From IMG/VR virus record IMGVR_UViG_3300023179_000013, positions 96,001 to 160,000 of that record: a stretch of 64,000 nucleotides of DNA, one strand, 5' to 3'. Source of the stretch: a virus. Below are positions 13,060 through 22,852 of this stretch, piece by piece. The position numbers and the translations under genes are program-made. Each line of letters opens with the position of its first letter. The first letter of the stretch is position 1. Under the pieces are notes generated by a model. The model searched no databases. It was not told where the DNA came from and saw only the letters and a program-made list of their open reading frames with translations.

Positions 13060-13907
13060 TGAAAAAAGCAGTATTATCCTTAAGTGGAGGAATGGATAGC
13101 TCTACTTTGCTGCTTCATCTACTTGCCCATGGCTATGAAGTAACAGCATTGTCCTTTGATTATGGACAAAAACATCGCGTTGAACTTGAGCGTGCTAAAG
13201 CATTAATAGAATATATTAATGATAGAATGTTCTATAACAAAACAGATAATTATGTAAAACATCAAATTATCAAACTAGATGGATTACAACAATTACTCAA
13301 CTCAGCACTTGTAACAGGTGGTAAAGACGTTCCTGAAGGTCACTACGAGCAAGATAATATGAAAGAAACAGTAGTACCTAACCGCAATAAAATCTTTGCT
13401 TCATTAATTCAAGCAGTAGCATTATCAGTTGCTACTAAAGGTGAAAAACAAGAGTGTGTTATTGCGATGGGTATTCATGCTGGTGACCACGCTATTTATC
13501 CTGATTGTAGACAAGAGTTTCGCGATGCTGATTTTGAAGCATTTAAGATTGGTAATTGGGATTCTGAATTAGTATCACATTATACTCCTTACCTTCATAC
13601 TGACAAGTTAGGCATTTTAAGAGATGGAGAAGTATGTTGTCAAAAATTAGATTTAGATTTTGATGAAGTATATAAACGTACTAATACATCTTACAAACCT
13701 ATTCCTATTATTGGAACATACGATGAAAAAATAGTATGGTACTCTGATTATAAATCAGCAGCATCAGTAGAACGTATTGAATCTTTTATTAAACTAGGTC
13801 GTAAAGATCCTGTAGCTTATGCTGATGAAACTGGTCCTGTAAAATGGGAAGTAGCTAAAGCACACGTAGAAAAAGTATTAGAACAACATAGAACAACAAA
13901 TTTGTAA
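13059..13907 (+). CDS. queC: 7-cyano-7-deazaguanine synthase (zinc-ligand cysteines absent)
   Basis: SGGMDS, FDYGQKH, VPNRN, YPDCR. Confidence 0.9.
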   Translation: MKKAVLSLSGGMDSSTLLLHLLAHGYEVTALSFDYGQKHRVELERAKALIEYINDRMFYNKTDNYVKHQIIKLDGLQQLLNSALVTGGKDVPEGHYEQDNMKETVVPNRNKIFASLIQAVALSVATKGEKQECVIAMGIHAGDHAIYPDCRQEFRDADFEAFKIGNWDSELVSHYTPYLHTDKLGILRDGEVCCQKLDLDFDEVYKRTNTSYKPIPIIGTYDEKIVWYSDYKSAASVERIESFIKLGRKDPVAYADETGPVKWEVAKAHVEKVLEQHRTTNL

Positions 13908-13926
13908 ACAAATATCCCTTATAGTT

Positions 13927-14169
13927 ATGAGTTATCAGACAAAGGTACGTGCGAATTACCTTAATCGCACAGCAAAATTGAGCTTCTTTAAGAACCGTCA
14001 ACGTAATGGCGATGTAGCTCGTCTTGCAGACGAAACAGGCTACACAGAGCGTATGATTTATTACACCCTCACTGGTGAGCGTCGTGTAAACCAAACCATC
14101 GCTAACGCAATGTATAATCTTACTCGTCGCCGCATGCGCAACGAAGATTATATCGTAGCTACGGCTTAA
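13927..14169 (+). CDS. Small basic HTH-like DNA-binding protein
   Basis: VARLADETGYTERMIYYTLTGER resembles an HTH; Arg-rich; GC-richer codons; followed by a terminator. Confidence 0.6.
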   Translation: MSYQTKVRANYLNRTAKLSFFKNRQRNGDVARLADETGYTERMIYYTLTGERRVNQTIANAMYNLTRRRMRNEDYIVATA

Positions 14170-14184
14170 TAAGCCAACAAACTC

Positions 14185-14223
14185 AACATCCCCATTTCCT
14201 AGAGAGTGGGGATGTTTTATTTT
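14185..14223 (+). terminator. Intrinsic terminator
   Basis: AACATCCCCATT...AGTGGGGATGTT stem followed by a T-rich tract. Confidence 0.75.
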
Positions 14224-14236
14224 AAATTACAAATTT

Positions 14237-15082
14237 ATGAAAATATTAGTAACAGGAGGAGCAGGATTTATTGGAACTAATCTTATTAAAAGATTACTTA
14301 ATAAAGGTCATACTGTTCAATCGTTAGATAATTACGATAGTGGTTTAAGAGAAAATGAAATTGAGGGATGTACTTATTATTTTGGTGATGTTAGATCAAT
14401 TGGAACAATGGATAAAGACATTGATTTAATTTATCATTTAGCTGGTCTAAGTAGAATCCAACCATCATTTCAAAACCCAAATAATACATTTGAAGTTAAT
14501 ACAATCGGAACTCAAGAAGTATGTGATTTTGCAAAACACATTAAAGCAAAATTAATATATGCTGGTTCATCTTCTCGTTGGCACAATCCATATCAATCAC
14601 CTTATGCTTGTTATAAACATCTAGGAGAGGAAATATGTAAAATGTATCGAACTACTTTTAATACTAATATTGAAATTGCTAGATTTTATAACGTTTATGG
14701 TCCTCATGAAATAGTAGATGGAGATTGGGCTGCGGTAACTGGTATTTGGAGACGTCAAGTAAGAGATGGTCAACCACTTACAATAGTAGGTGATGGAGAA
14801 CAACGCCGTGATTTTACTCATGTAGATGATATTGTAGATGGATTATATAAAATAGGAACAAGTAAAGAAAAACATGAAGATGCCTGGGAATTAGGAACAG
14901 GTAAAAATTATTCTATAAATGAAGTAGCAGACATGTTTGTTGAAAAATTTGGATGTAAAAAACAATATATTCCGAATCAAAAAGGCAACTATAGAGAAAC
15001 ATTAAGAGAAAATAATGACGCTATGGAGCGTTTAGGATGGCAACCATCAGATAAATTAAAGCAATATATTCAATCACTATAA
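14237..15082 (+). CDS. NAD-dependent epimerase/dehydratase (extended SDR)
   Basis: TGGAGFIG, YACYK, RFYNVYGP, RDFTHVDD. Confidence 0.85.
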   Translation: MKILVTGGAGFIGTNLIKRLLNKGHTVQSLDNYDSGLRENEIEGCTYYFGDVRSIGTMDKDIDLIYHLAGLSRIQPSFQNPNNTFEVNTIGTQEVCDFAKHIKAKLIYAGSSSRWHNPYQSPYACYKHLGEEICKMYRTTFNTNIEIARFYNVYGPHEIVDGDWAAVTGIWRRQVRDGQPLTIVGDGEQRRDFTHVDDIVDGLYKIGTSKEKHEDAWELGTGKNYSINEVADMFVEKFGCKKQYIPNQKGNYRETLRENNDAMERLGWQPSDKLKQYIQSL

Positions 15083-15090
15083 AATAAAAC

Positions 15091-15327
15091 ATGGACAATA
15101 TGAAGTGTTTAAAAAATACAAAAACAGGAAACATCATCAGAGTAGATAATAAACAAGCTAACCAAATGGTTGGCTCTCAATGGTCTTATATAGCGAAATC
15201 AGAATGGAAATTAGCTACACGTGTACCAGTGTCAGAAAAACAAACTGAAGAGGCTGAAAAGAAAGAAGTAACAATCAGTGAAAAAGCTCTTAAGCGTAAT
15301 AAACTTAAAGAAAAACAAAGACAATGA
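15091..15327 (+). CDS. Hypothetical basic protein
   Basis: 78 aa ORF with A-rich leader. Confidence 0.55.
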   Translation: MDNMKCLKNTKTGNIIRVDNKQANQMVGSQWSYIAKSEWKLATRVPVSEKQTEEAEKKEVTISEKALKRNKLKEKQRQ

Positions 15328-15449
15328 TACATGAGATAACCCACATATTAGGACTATGTGGTGAAAAACATCTTAATGCTATGGTTATAATGTTTGATTG
15401 GCAAAATCTTAGTCCTATATTTAATTATATAAAAACATTATTCAAATGA
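15324..15449 (+). CDS. 41 aa hypothetical protein (not in ORF track)
   Basis: MIHEITHILGLCGEKH...; ATGA overlaps at both ends fill the gap exactly. Confidence 0.6.
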   Translation: MIHEITHILGLCGEKHLNAMVIMFDWQNLSPIFNYIKTLFK

Positions 15450-16339
15450 GTAAAATAGATCCAAATAAACTACTAATCAGTAGTGATTTCTATTCCATCC
15501 AAGGTGAAGGAATAAGCAGTGGAGTACCATCATATTTCGTTAGATTAGGTATCTGTAACCTAACTTGCGGTATGAGCCGTAAGTTTGCCAATCAATTAGA
15601 GAAAGATAAGAATCTAGAAGACGGTGAAATATTCGTAGGTGATTTACATGCTGAAGGTAAAGCAACTTGGACTTGTGATAGTACATCTCAATGGTTATGG
15701 AGAGGTGAAGATAAAGAATTCCAATATTTAATTGATAGATGGAAGGAACAAGGTATCTATGAAGATATTAAGAATAGTACTATCCATATCATTTGGACTG
15801 GTGGTGAACCTACAATTAAAGGGCATCAAGAAGCAATTGTTAACTTTCATAAGTATTGGAATGATATAGTATACTATGAAACATTGAATAAATTAAAAAA
15901 TACAACTGTATTAGATGAAGATGTATACGATCACATGGATTTAAATCCATTTAATGAAATAGAAACTAATGGTACAGTTGTAATTGAAGATAATTTGTTT
16001 GAATTAATTGATCAAATTAACTGCTCACCCAAGTTAGCAAACTCAGGTATGACTAAGAAGCAACGCTTCAACGAAGAAGCTCTTAAACGCATCATGGAAC
16101 ATCCGAATTATCAATTTAAATTTGTAATATCCAATGAAGAAGACGTACAAGAAATTTTTAGCGAATTTGTGTTACCACTTAGCATACCTCTTAAGAATGT
16201 AGTCTGCATGCCAGGATTAGATGACGTAGCTAACTTTGAAGAGCGTACTCAGTTTTGTTTGGAGATGGCTAAGAAGTATAAGTTCCGTGGATTGACTCGT
16301 TTGCATATTGCAGCTTGGAATAAAACGTTGAATGTATAA
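15446..16339 (+). CDS. queE: 7-carboxy-7-deazaguanine synthase (radical SAM)
   Basis: FYSIQGEG, FVRLGICNLTC...TCDS, TGGEP, IETNGT, SPKL, RLH. Confidence 0.9.
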   Translation: MSKIDPNKLLISSDFYSIQGEGISSGVPSYFVRLGICNLTCGMSRKFANQLEKDKNLEDGEIFVGDLHAEGKATWTCDSTSQWLWRGEDKEFQYLIDRWKEQGIYEDIKNSTIHIIWTGGEPTIKGHQEAIVNFHKYWNDIVYYETLNKLKNTTVLDEDVYDHMDLNPFNEIETNGTVVIEDNLFELIDQINCSPKLANSGMTKKQRFNEEALKRIMEHPNYQFKFVISNEEDVQEIFSEFVLPLSIPLKNVVCMPGLDDVANFEERTQFCLEMAKKYKFRGLTRLHIAAWNKTLNV

Positions 16340-16545
16340 TGAAAGAGCTAGATCTTCATGGTTTAAAACACTATGATGTTAAGGACACAGTTGAGAACTT
16401 TATTCTAATGAATAGTACCCCATTCCGTATTATAACAGGCAGATCAGACAAAATGAGAGAACTAGTAGAAACAACATTGAAAAAACATCGTTTTGAATTT
16501 TATACTCCTGCTCACAACCCAGGAGAAATAATTGTAATAGATTAA
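16339..16545 (+). CDS. Stand-alone minimal Smr-domain protein
   Basis: ELDLHG...RIITG...NPG, the Smr signature. Confidence 0.7.
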   Translation: MKELDLHGLKHYDVKDTVENFILMNSTPFRIITGRSDKMRELVETTLKKHRFEFYTPAHNPGEIIVID

Positions 16546-16547
16546 TT

Positions 16548-16721
16548 ATGCTAGACGCAACTGAACAACGTATTGCTAATTTGCTTAGAAGCAACGGAGC
16601 AACTGACACACAAATTGAAATGTACTTAGATGATATTTTCTCCTTTAGTGATCCCAAGCTATATGAGAATTCTGATGATGAAGATATCTTAAGTGACTTT
16701 GAAGATTGGTTGGGAGAATAA
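16548..16721 (+). CDS. 57 aa acidic hypothetical protein (not in ORF track)
   Basis: MLDATEQRIANLLRSNGATD...FEDWLGE; fills the gap between genes. Confidence 0.55.
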   Translation: MLDATEQRIANLLRSNGATDTQIEMYLDDIFSFSDPKLYENSDDEDILSDFEDWLGE

Positions 16722-16752
16722 ATTTAAAATCATATATTTAATAAAAATAAAG

Positions 16753-17388
16753 ATGGAACTATTAAAGAAATCAAACGGCAATTTAGCTCGTACACCAGAG
16801 CAGGTAGAACAGATGATTGAAAAAGCATCTGAAGCATATGCTCAATTCCTTACAGCAGTAGGATTTGATTATAAAGCAGATAGACAAACAGTAGATACTC
16901 CTCGTCGTGTAGCTAAAGCATGGCTTAAGGATCTTATTGTAGGTAGTATTACTGATGAACCTAACATTACAGTATTCCCTAATGATGATGGGTACAAAGG
17001 ATTAGTAATCCAATCAGGTATTCCTATTGTTAGTATGTGTGCTCACCACAACTTAGCATTTACAGGGTATGCTACCTTAGCATATGTTCCAGGTGAACAA
17101 GTAATTGGATTAAGTAAGTTGAATCGTATTGTAGAATGGTTCTCACGTCGTCCACAGATGCAAGAATCGCTTACACAGCAAATCCACGATTACTTAGCTA
17201 CCAAAATGGATTGTCCGTCTGTAGCAGTTAGTATTGCTTGTAAACACACATGCTGCTCACATCGTGGTATTAAACATCCATCTGTAATGACTACAAATAA
17301 ATTTAGTGGTGTGTTTATGGAAAAGGATAATTTGATCCGTGAAGAATTCCTTCACGCAATTGAAGTTAACGGAACTAAAATGAAATAA
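16753..17388 (+). CDS. folE: GTP cyclohydrolase I
   Basis: DTPRRVAK, SMCAHH, GLSKLNR, QMQE.LT, HTC..RG; start set to ATG 16753. Confidence 0.92.
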   Translation: MELLKKSNGNLARTPEQVEQMIEKASEAYAQFLTAVGFDYKADRQTVDTPRRVAKAWLKDLIVGSITDEPNITVFPNDDGYKGLVIQSGIPIVSMCAHHNLAFTGYATLAYVPGEQVIGLSKLNRIVEWFSRRPQMQESLTQQIHDYLATKMDCPSVAVSIACKHTCCSHRGIKHPSVMTTNKFSGVFMEKDNLIREEFLHAIEVNGTKMK

Positions 17389-17389
17389 T

Positions 17390-17551
17390 ATGCAACCTAA
17401 AGAATCAAAATCAAATTGGCATTTCTGGATTAGTTTTGTTAAATCTTGTATTAGAATATTTGCGGGCTGTGCTATTATAGGTCAAAGCCTAGTAGCAGCA
17501 GGTGTTAGCTTAATTCTAGCTGAGTTTTTAGGTATTATTGAAGAATTATAA
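17390..17551 (+). CDS. 53 aa membrane protein (not in ORF track)
   Basis: HFWISFVKSCIRI...AEFLGIIEEL; hydrophobic. Confidence 0.6.
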   Translation: MQPKESKSNWHFWISFVKSCIRIFAGCAIIGQSLVAAGVSLILAEFLGIIEEL

Positions 17552-17560
17552 AATAAAAAT

Positions 17561-18079
17561 ATGTTAAACGCACAACAAATATTAGACGAAGGATTATTGC
17601 GCCTTGAACGCGCTCAAGGTAAACCAGCTCAAGTTGGTTATGATCTTACCTTAAAGCAAGTTAATGCAGTAGGCAATAAAAGAGATATGGCTAGTCATCG
17701 TATTGGTAAAGTATTAAAAGATAAAACACAACTTACTAACTATGAACCATATGGCTTGATTAATTTAGATGGAGTAACAGGTTGGTTATTATATGAAGGT
17801 GTATATGACATCACATTCAATGAAGGATGTAAAATCCCAGATAATCGTGTAGCATTTATTAAACAACGCTCATCCCTGTACCGCAACGGTGCAATTATTA
17901 ACAGCCCGGTATTTGATCCAGGGTTTGAAACTGAATTTATGGGCACATTAATGTATGTTCATTGTCCAATATTCATTGAGGAAAATGCCAGAGTAGCCCA
18001 AATCTACTTCCACGAATGTACACCAGCTGAAAAGTATGATGGTCAGTGGCAAAATGATAAGCAACGAGCTTCATTATAA
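17561..18079 (+). CDS. dcd: dCTP deaminase / trimeric dUTPase family
   Basis: GYDLT, QRSSLYRNG, FDPGF, RVAQI, YDGQWQ. Confidence 0.8.
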   Translation: MLNAQQILDEGLLRLERAQGKPAQVGYDLTLKQVNAVGNKRDMASHRIGKVLKDKTQLTNYEPYGLINLDGVTGWLLYEGVYDITFNEGCKIPDNRVAFIKQRSSLYRNGAIINSPVFDPGFETEFMGTLMYVHCPIFIEENARVAQIYFHECTPAEKYDGQWQNDKQRASL

Positions 18080-18096
18080 GAAGCATATTTATATGC

Positions 18097-18831
18097 ATGC
18101 CATTAACATTATCAAATACAAGCGGAGCAGGTAATTTTACATTAGTTAATAATAGCAATAGTGGTAGACTTAGTATGTCTATCACTAATGCTATAGTTAC
18201 TAACGGACTTACTTTACAATTAGATGCTAATAACTCTACATCATATCCTGGCTCAGGAACTACATGGTATGATTTAGCAGGCACACAACAAAACATTACA
18301 CTTGTTGGTACACCAACATATACGGCCGCAGCGCCATCATATTTTACTTTTAATGGCTCAACACAAAGAGGTTCAGGAACAGGTGCTGTATTATCATCAA
18401 CAAGCTATACTAAATGTGTATGGTTCTATTTAAACTCATATGTTGATAATAATATAGTAAGCAGTGATGTAGGTGGACATTATATGTTTTTCCAAGGAGG
18501 AAATAAAATGTATAATGGTCATTCTAACTGGACTGGATTTCCAAGTAACTATCCATCAACAGCTACATTTAGTTTAAATACATGGTACAATGCAGCACTT
18601 ACATTTAATACAACTGATGGAATGAAACTTTATATTAATGGTGCATTAGATAGTTCTTATACTACAATTAAAACAGCATTTACAGGAGATGGCTCAACAA
18701 ATATAGCAGCTTATGGAGCAGGTAATTTATTAAATGGTAGAATAGCTAAAGTTTACTGCTATAATGTATCTCTAACAGCCGCTGAAGTTTTACAAAACTA
18801 TAATGCTGATAAAGCAAAATTTGGATTGTAA
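18097..18831 (+). CDS. LamG/concanavalin A-like domain protein (probable virion decoration or fiber)
   Basis: GLTLQLDA...SYPGSGTTWYDL, WYNAALT, LYING, LTAAEVLQNYNA. Confidence 0.8.
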   Translation: MPLTLSNTSGAGNFTLVNNSNSGRLSMSITNAIVTNGLTLQLDANNSTSYPGSGTTWYDLAGTQQNITLVGTPTYTAAAPSYFTFNGSTQRGSGTGAVLSSTSYTKCVWFYLNSYVDNNIVSSDVGGHYMFFQGGNKMYNGHSNWTGFPSNYPSTATFSLNTWYNAALTFNTTDGMKLYINGALDSSYTTIKTAFTGDGSTNIAAYGAGNLLNGRIAKVYCYNVSLTAAEVLQNYNADKAKFGL

Positions 18832-18863
18832 TTTGACTTCGTCAAAATAAATTCGTATATTTA
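18832..18863 (+). promoter_or_regulatory. Bacteroidetes-type promoter (TTTG-N20-TATATTTA)
   Basis: Upstream of polB; spacer contains GTCAAAATAAA. Confidence 0.6.
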
Positions 18864-18869
18864 AGGGTT

Positions 18870-21443
18870 ATGTATCAAGCAATTTACTACGATAGATCTA
18901 CTTACACTTATCATCTGCGTGATGATGAAAAAGGATGGCTTGACTTCAAGTACACTCCTGAATTATATCAGATTACACCTAATGGTCCTTTAAAGACATT
19001 AGATGATAAACGTGCTACTCCAACTGAAAAATATAATTGGAAAGATACCTCATTATACGAGCAAGACGTTGATAGATGTACTCGTGTACTGATTGATCTC
19101 TATAAGGACAGTGACGATACTGCCAAATATCAAAACATAGTATACTTCGATATTGAGTGTGAAATTGGTGGAACTCTAACTACTGAGTACATTAAAACAG
19201 CTCCTATGAAGATGACCTCAGTAGCTGTATACGATAATACAACTCAAAAGTATTACTGTTTAATCCTAGATGAAAAGAAACAGCTGAGCTATATAAATGA
19301 AAATAATAGGGAAATTAGACCATTCGATACTGAAGCTGAAATGCTAGCTGATTTCCTTAATCTATGGGAAGAGTTAGATCCAACTATCATCACAGGATGG
19401 AATAGTGGATTCTTCGATGTGCCTTACATGTACTATAGAATGTGTAATGTATTAGGCAAAGAACAAGCTGCTCGTCTATCACCACTTCGCAAACTAAACT
19501 TTACTGAATGGGATACTGCTCAACCAATTGAGCTAGCAGGTATTAATCATCTTGATTATATGTTGCTATTTAAAAAGTTCATTGTAAAGCAAGAACCATC
19601 CTATAAATTAGATGATATAGGAGAAAAATACGTTAAATTAAATAAGATAGAGTACGAGGGATCACTTGATAGATTATTTCAAACTGATATAAATAAATTC
19701 ATTCAATATAACTTACGAGACGTAGAAATTATACTTGAGTTAGAAAAGAAACTCAAATTCATTGATTTAACAGTTGCTATCTGTCATCTATGTCACGTAC
19801 CATATGAACAGATCTATTTATCAACTGTATTAAATGATGGAGCTATATTGACATATCTTAAACGTCAAGACATAGTATCACCAAATAAACCAACTACAAT
19901 CAACCCATCACTTAAAGAAGCTACTGGTGATGAATATGCTGGTGGGTACTTAAAAGAACCTACTCCTGGATTATATCAATGGGTTATTGACTTGGACTTT
20001 ACATCTCTATACCCTTCAATCATCCGTTCACTCAATATTGGTATTGAAACGTTAGTTGGTAGAATAGTTAATAGTGGTAAATACGATAACCAATGGACAT
20101 ATGCTGAACTAAAGCAAATGGATCCTGATGATGTAGCAGTTATTGAAAAATTAAATACTAATTTCACTACCTCCAGAACACAAGTATCAGTAGGTAAGTT
20201 AGTTCAAATGATTGAAAACAATAATTGGATTACCTCAGCATCAGGTGCAATATTCAGAACAGATAAATCATCAGTAGTATGTGATGTATTAACTGACTGG
20301 TTCAATAAGCGCGTTGAATATAAAAATAAAATGAAACAAGCTTATAAATCAGGTGATGCGGCTATGGGTGAATTTTACAACCGCAGACAACACGCTTATA
20401 AGATTAAACTAAACGACGTTTATGGCTGCTACGCAATCAACGGCTGGCGCTATACAGATGGACATAAGATCATTTCGTCTGCTATTACGCTTACTGGTCA
20501 ACGAGTTACTCAAGAATCAATTAAGTTTGTAAATAAATGGATGAATGATAAGCTAGGTACTGAAGATAAAGATTACGTTGTAACATCAGATACCGATTCA
20601 TTATTCATTCAAGTTAAGGATCTATTAACTGCTGATACAAATGATAAAGCAGCTGTAATTAAAAACATATTAGAGATTGCTACTGAAGTTCAAAAAGCAG
20701 CAAATGCATTTATTGGACAATTCGCTATTGAAGCATTTAATCTAAATGAGCGTGAGCATTACTTCGAATTAAAGCAAGAGGTAATTATTGAAAGGGGTTA
20801 TTTTGCTGGTAAACGTCGCTACGCAATGTTGATTGTAAATAAGGAAGGTGTTGACACTGAAGAGATGATTATGATGGGATTAGATCTAATGAAATCTAAT
20901 ATGCCTCCACTATATAAGAAATTCGGTCAAAATTTACTAACCGAAATCATGCGCGGTAAACCTAAAGCTGAAATCGATAAACAAATTATTGATTTTAAAG
21001 TATCGCTAGATCAATTACCTTGGGAAGACATTGCTAAACCAACTGGCGTTAAACAAATTAATTCATATATTGCTAAACGACCATCACCAGGTGAAATATT
21101 TAGTGAATTTAAATTAAAAGCCCCAATTAATACAAAATCAGCAGTATATTATAATGATTTACTTAAATTTAAAAAATTAGACAAGAAATATTCAAGATTC
21201 GTAGAAGGCGATAAGATGAAATATGTATCGTTGAAACCAAATCCCTATAACATAGATACACTTGGCTTTAGAGGTAATGGTGAAGATCCTGAATTTATAC
21301 TTGACTTTATAAACAAATATGTTGATAGAGAAGAAGCATTCAATTCAGTACTACTAAACAAACTAACAGGTGTATTTAATGACTTAGGATGGGATTTCCC
21401 AGTTTTAAACTCAAAAATTAACAAATTCTTTAAATTTATGTAG
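18870..21443 (+). CDS. polB: Family B DNA polymerase with 3'-5' exonuclease
   Basis: FDIE, GWN..FDVPY, YNLRD, DFTSLYPSI, K..LN..YG, SDTDS, KRRYA. Confidence 0.95.
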   Translation: MYQAIYYDRSTYTYHLRDDEKGWLDFKYTPELYQITPNGPLKTLDDKRATPTEKYNWKDTSLYEQDVDRCTRVLIDLYKDSDDTAKYQNIVYFDIECEIGGTLTTEYIKTAPMKMTSVAVYDNTTQKYYCLILDEKKQLSYINENNREIRPFDTEAEMLADFLNLWEELDPTIITGWNSGFFDVPYMYYRMCNVLGKEQAARLSPLRKLNFTEWDTAQPIELAGINHLDYMLLFKKFIVKQEPSYKLDDIGEKYVKLNKIEYEGSLDRLFQTDINKFIQYNLRDVEIILELEKKLKFIDLTVAICHLCHVPYEQIYLSTVLNDGAILTYLKRQDIVSPNKPTTINPSLKEATGDEYAGGYLKEPTPGLYQWVIDLDFTSLYPSIIRSLNIGIETLVGRIVNSGKYDNQWTYAELKQMDPDDVAVIEKLNTNFTTSRTQVSVGKLVQMIENNNWITSASGAIFRTDKSSVVCDVLTDWFNKRVEYKNKMKQAYKSGDAAMGEFYNRRQHAYKIKLNDVYGCYAINGWRYTDGHKIISSAITLTGQRVTQESIKFVNKWMNDKLGTEDKDYVVTSDTDSLFIQVKDLLTADTNDKAAVIKNILEIATEVQKAANAFIGQFAIEAFNLNEREHYFELKQEVIIERGYFAGKRRYAMLIVNKEGVDTEEMIMMGLDLMKSNMPPLYKKFGQNLLTEIMRGKPKAEIDKQIIDFKVSLDQLPWEDIAKPTGVKQINSYIAKRPSPGEIFSEFKLKAPINTKSAVYYNDLLKFKKLDKKYSRFVEGDKMKYVSLKPNPYNIDTLGFRGNGEDPEFILDFINKYVDREEAFNSVLLNKLTGVFNDLGWDFPVLNSKINKFFKFM

Positions 21444-21445
21444 CA

Positions 21446-21682
21446 ATGATACGCCTAAACCAAAGTCACCATCAAATTAGAATAGACACAACAATTAAAA
21501 TAATTGAAAAAGATGGTACTGAGGTTACAGCGCCTGTAGTAGTACTGATAGGACTAAATAAAATTGAAGAAAAAGATCAATATAATTTTTATAAAATAGC
21601 TAATAAGTTATTTAATAAAGATTTTACATTAGACAGACGATCAAAACCACAACCTACTAAACCCTGGTATAAATTTTGGTAA
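21446..21682 (+). CDS. Hypothetical protein
   Basis: 78 aa; ends KPWYKFW. Confidence 0.55.
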   Translation: MIRLNQSHHQIRIDTTIKIIEKDGTEVTAPVVVLIGLNKIEEKDQYNFYKIANKLFNKDFTLDRRSKPQPTKPWYKFW

Positions 21683-21710
21683 GTCAAAATAAAGGTTATA
21701 TATTCATTCA

Positions 21711-22049
21711 ATGCATTTATTAAAAGGTTTCATATTCGGATTATTAGCTCAAATTATTACATTTCTTCAATTACAAGGTCAACTTAAAATTGATTGGATA
21801 AAAAATAATATGTGGTTTGGTATATTAATGGGATTACCAATATCCTTTCTATTCATGATGTCTGTTAAGAATTTCGTAGAAGCATTTGATGGACAAATAT
21901 GGCCATCACGACTAATTGGATTTGGAATAGGTGTAGTGACATTCACTGTTATGTCTCATTATATGTTTAGAGAACCACTAACACCTAAAACACTTATTTG
22001 TTTGGGCTTAGGAACCTTAATAGTTTTAATTCAAATACTCTGGAAATGA
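21711..22049 (+). CDS. Four-TM membrane protein (SMR/DMT-like size)
   Basis: Four hydrophobic segments; preceded by TTTG-N20-TATATTCA (21675-21706). Confidence 0.6.
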   Translation: MHLLKGFIFGLLAQIITFLQLQGQLKIDWIKNNMWFGILMGLPISFLFMMSVKNFVEAFDGQIWPSRLIGFGIGVVTFTVMSHYMFREPLTPKTLICLGLGTLIVLIQILWK

Positions 22050-22771
22050 AAAAATTATATTTAGAAGACGTTATTGAAAAATATTACCTGAATGGTTTAG
22101 TTGAACGTGTTAAAATCGATGTAGTCGATAAAACACTAACAACTAAATTTATCTCTAATCAAAAAAATCTAGTAGGAACACTATGTGCTCCTAACATTGA
22201 AATTGATGATTGTGAGTTTGGAGTATATGACACTACTCAATTATTAAAATTGATTGGCATTACTGACCACTTCCTAACATTAGAGGTTGAAAAACAAGGT
22301 AAAATAGCATCAAAGTTACTCATTGCTGACAATGAATATAATCTAGAATATGCACTAGCAGATACAATGCTAACACCATCAGTACCCAGTATTGATGAAC
22401 CAGTATACCAATTAGTAGCTGATCTCAGCATGGATTTCGTTATTAAATTCCTCAAAGCAGGTAAAGCACTAGGTACCGAAGTGTTTGCTATTGAACAATC
22501 AACTGATGTTGATAATAATCCAGCAATTAAATTCACATTAGGTGGCACAGAAGGACACACAAATAAAATCAACTTCACAATCCAAGCAGCAGTATCCAGT
22601 GTACCAGGTTCAATTATCAAATTCCCTATTGCTGAATTTAGTGCAATATTAGCCGCAAATAAAGAATTTGAAAAAGGTACATTGAGTGTAAATGAAGACG
22701 GATTATTGAAAATTGAATTCAACAACAAAGAAGGTGTAAATTCTTGCTACTTGCTTGTCGGGAAGGAATAA
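22046..22771 (+). CDS. Sliding clamp (gp45/PCNA-like)
   Basis: FGVYD..QLL motif, size, alternating alpha/beta pattern, replication context; ATGA-coupled start at 22046. Confidence 0.65.
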   Translation: MKKLYLEDVIEKYYLNGLVERVKIDVVDKTLTTKFISNQKNLVGTLCAPNIEIDDCEFGVYDTTQLLKLIGITDHFLTLEVEKQGKIASKLLIADNEYNLEYALADTMLTPSVPSIDEPVYQLVADLSMDFVIKFLKAGKALGTEVFAIEQSTDVDNNPAIKFTLGGTEGHTNKINFTIQAAVSSVPGSIIKFPIAEFSAILAANKEFEKGTLSVNEDGLLKIEFNNKEGVNSCYLLVGKE

Positions 22772-22790
22772 TTTCACATACGTATATACG

Positions 22791-22852
22791 ACATAACAAA
22801 AGGTACGACAGGCCTCAGTTATGTATTAAATAACCGCTCACCTTAGGGGGGC
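22791..22852 (+). promoter_or_regulatory. Structured hsp20 5' leader
   Basis: ACATAAC/GTTATGT stem whose loop is complementary to 23291-23308; second G-rich hairpin at 22836-22852. Confidence 0.5.
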
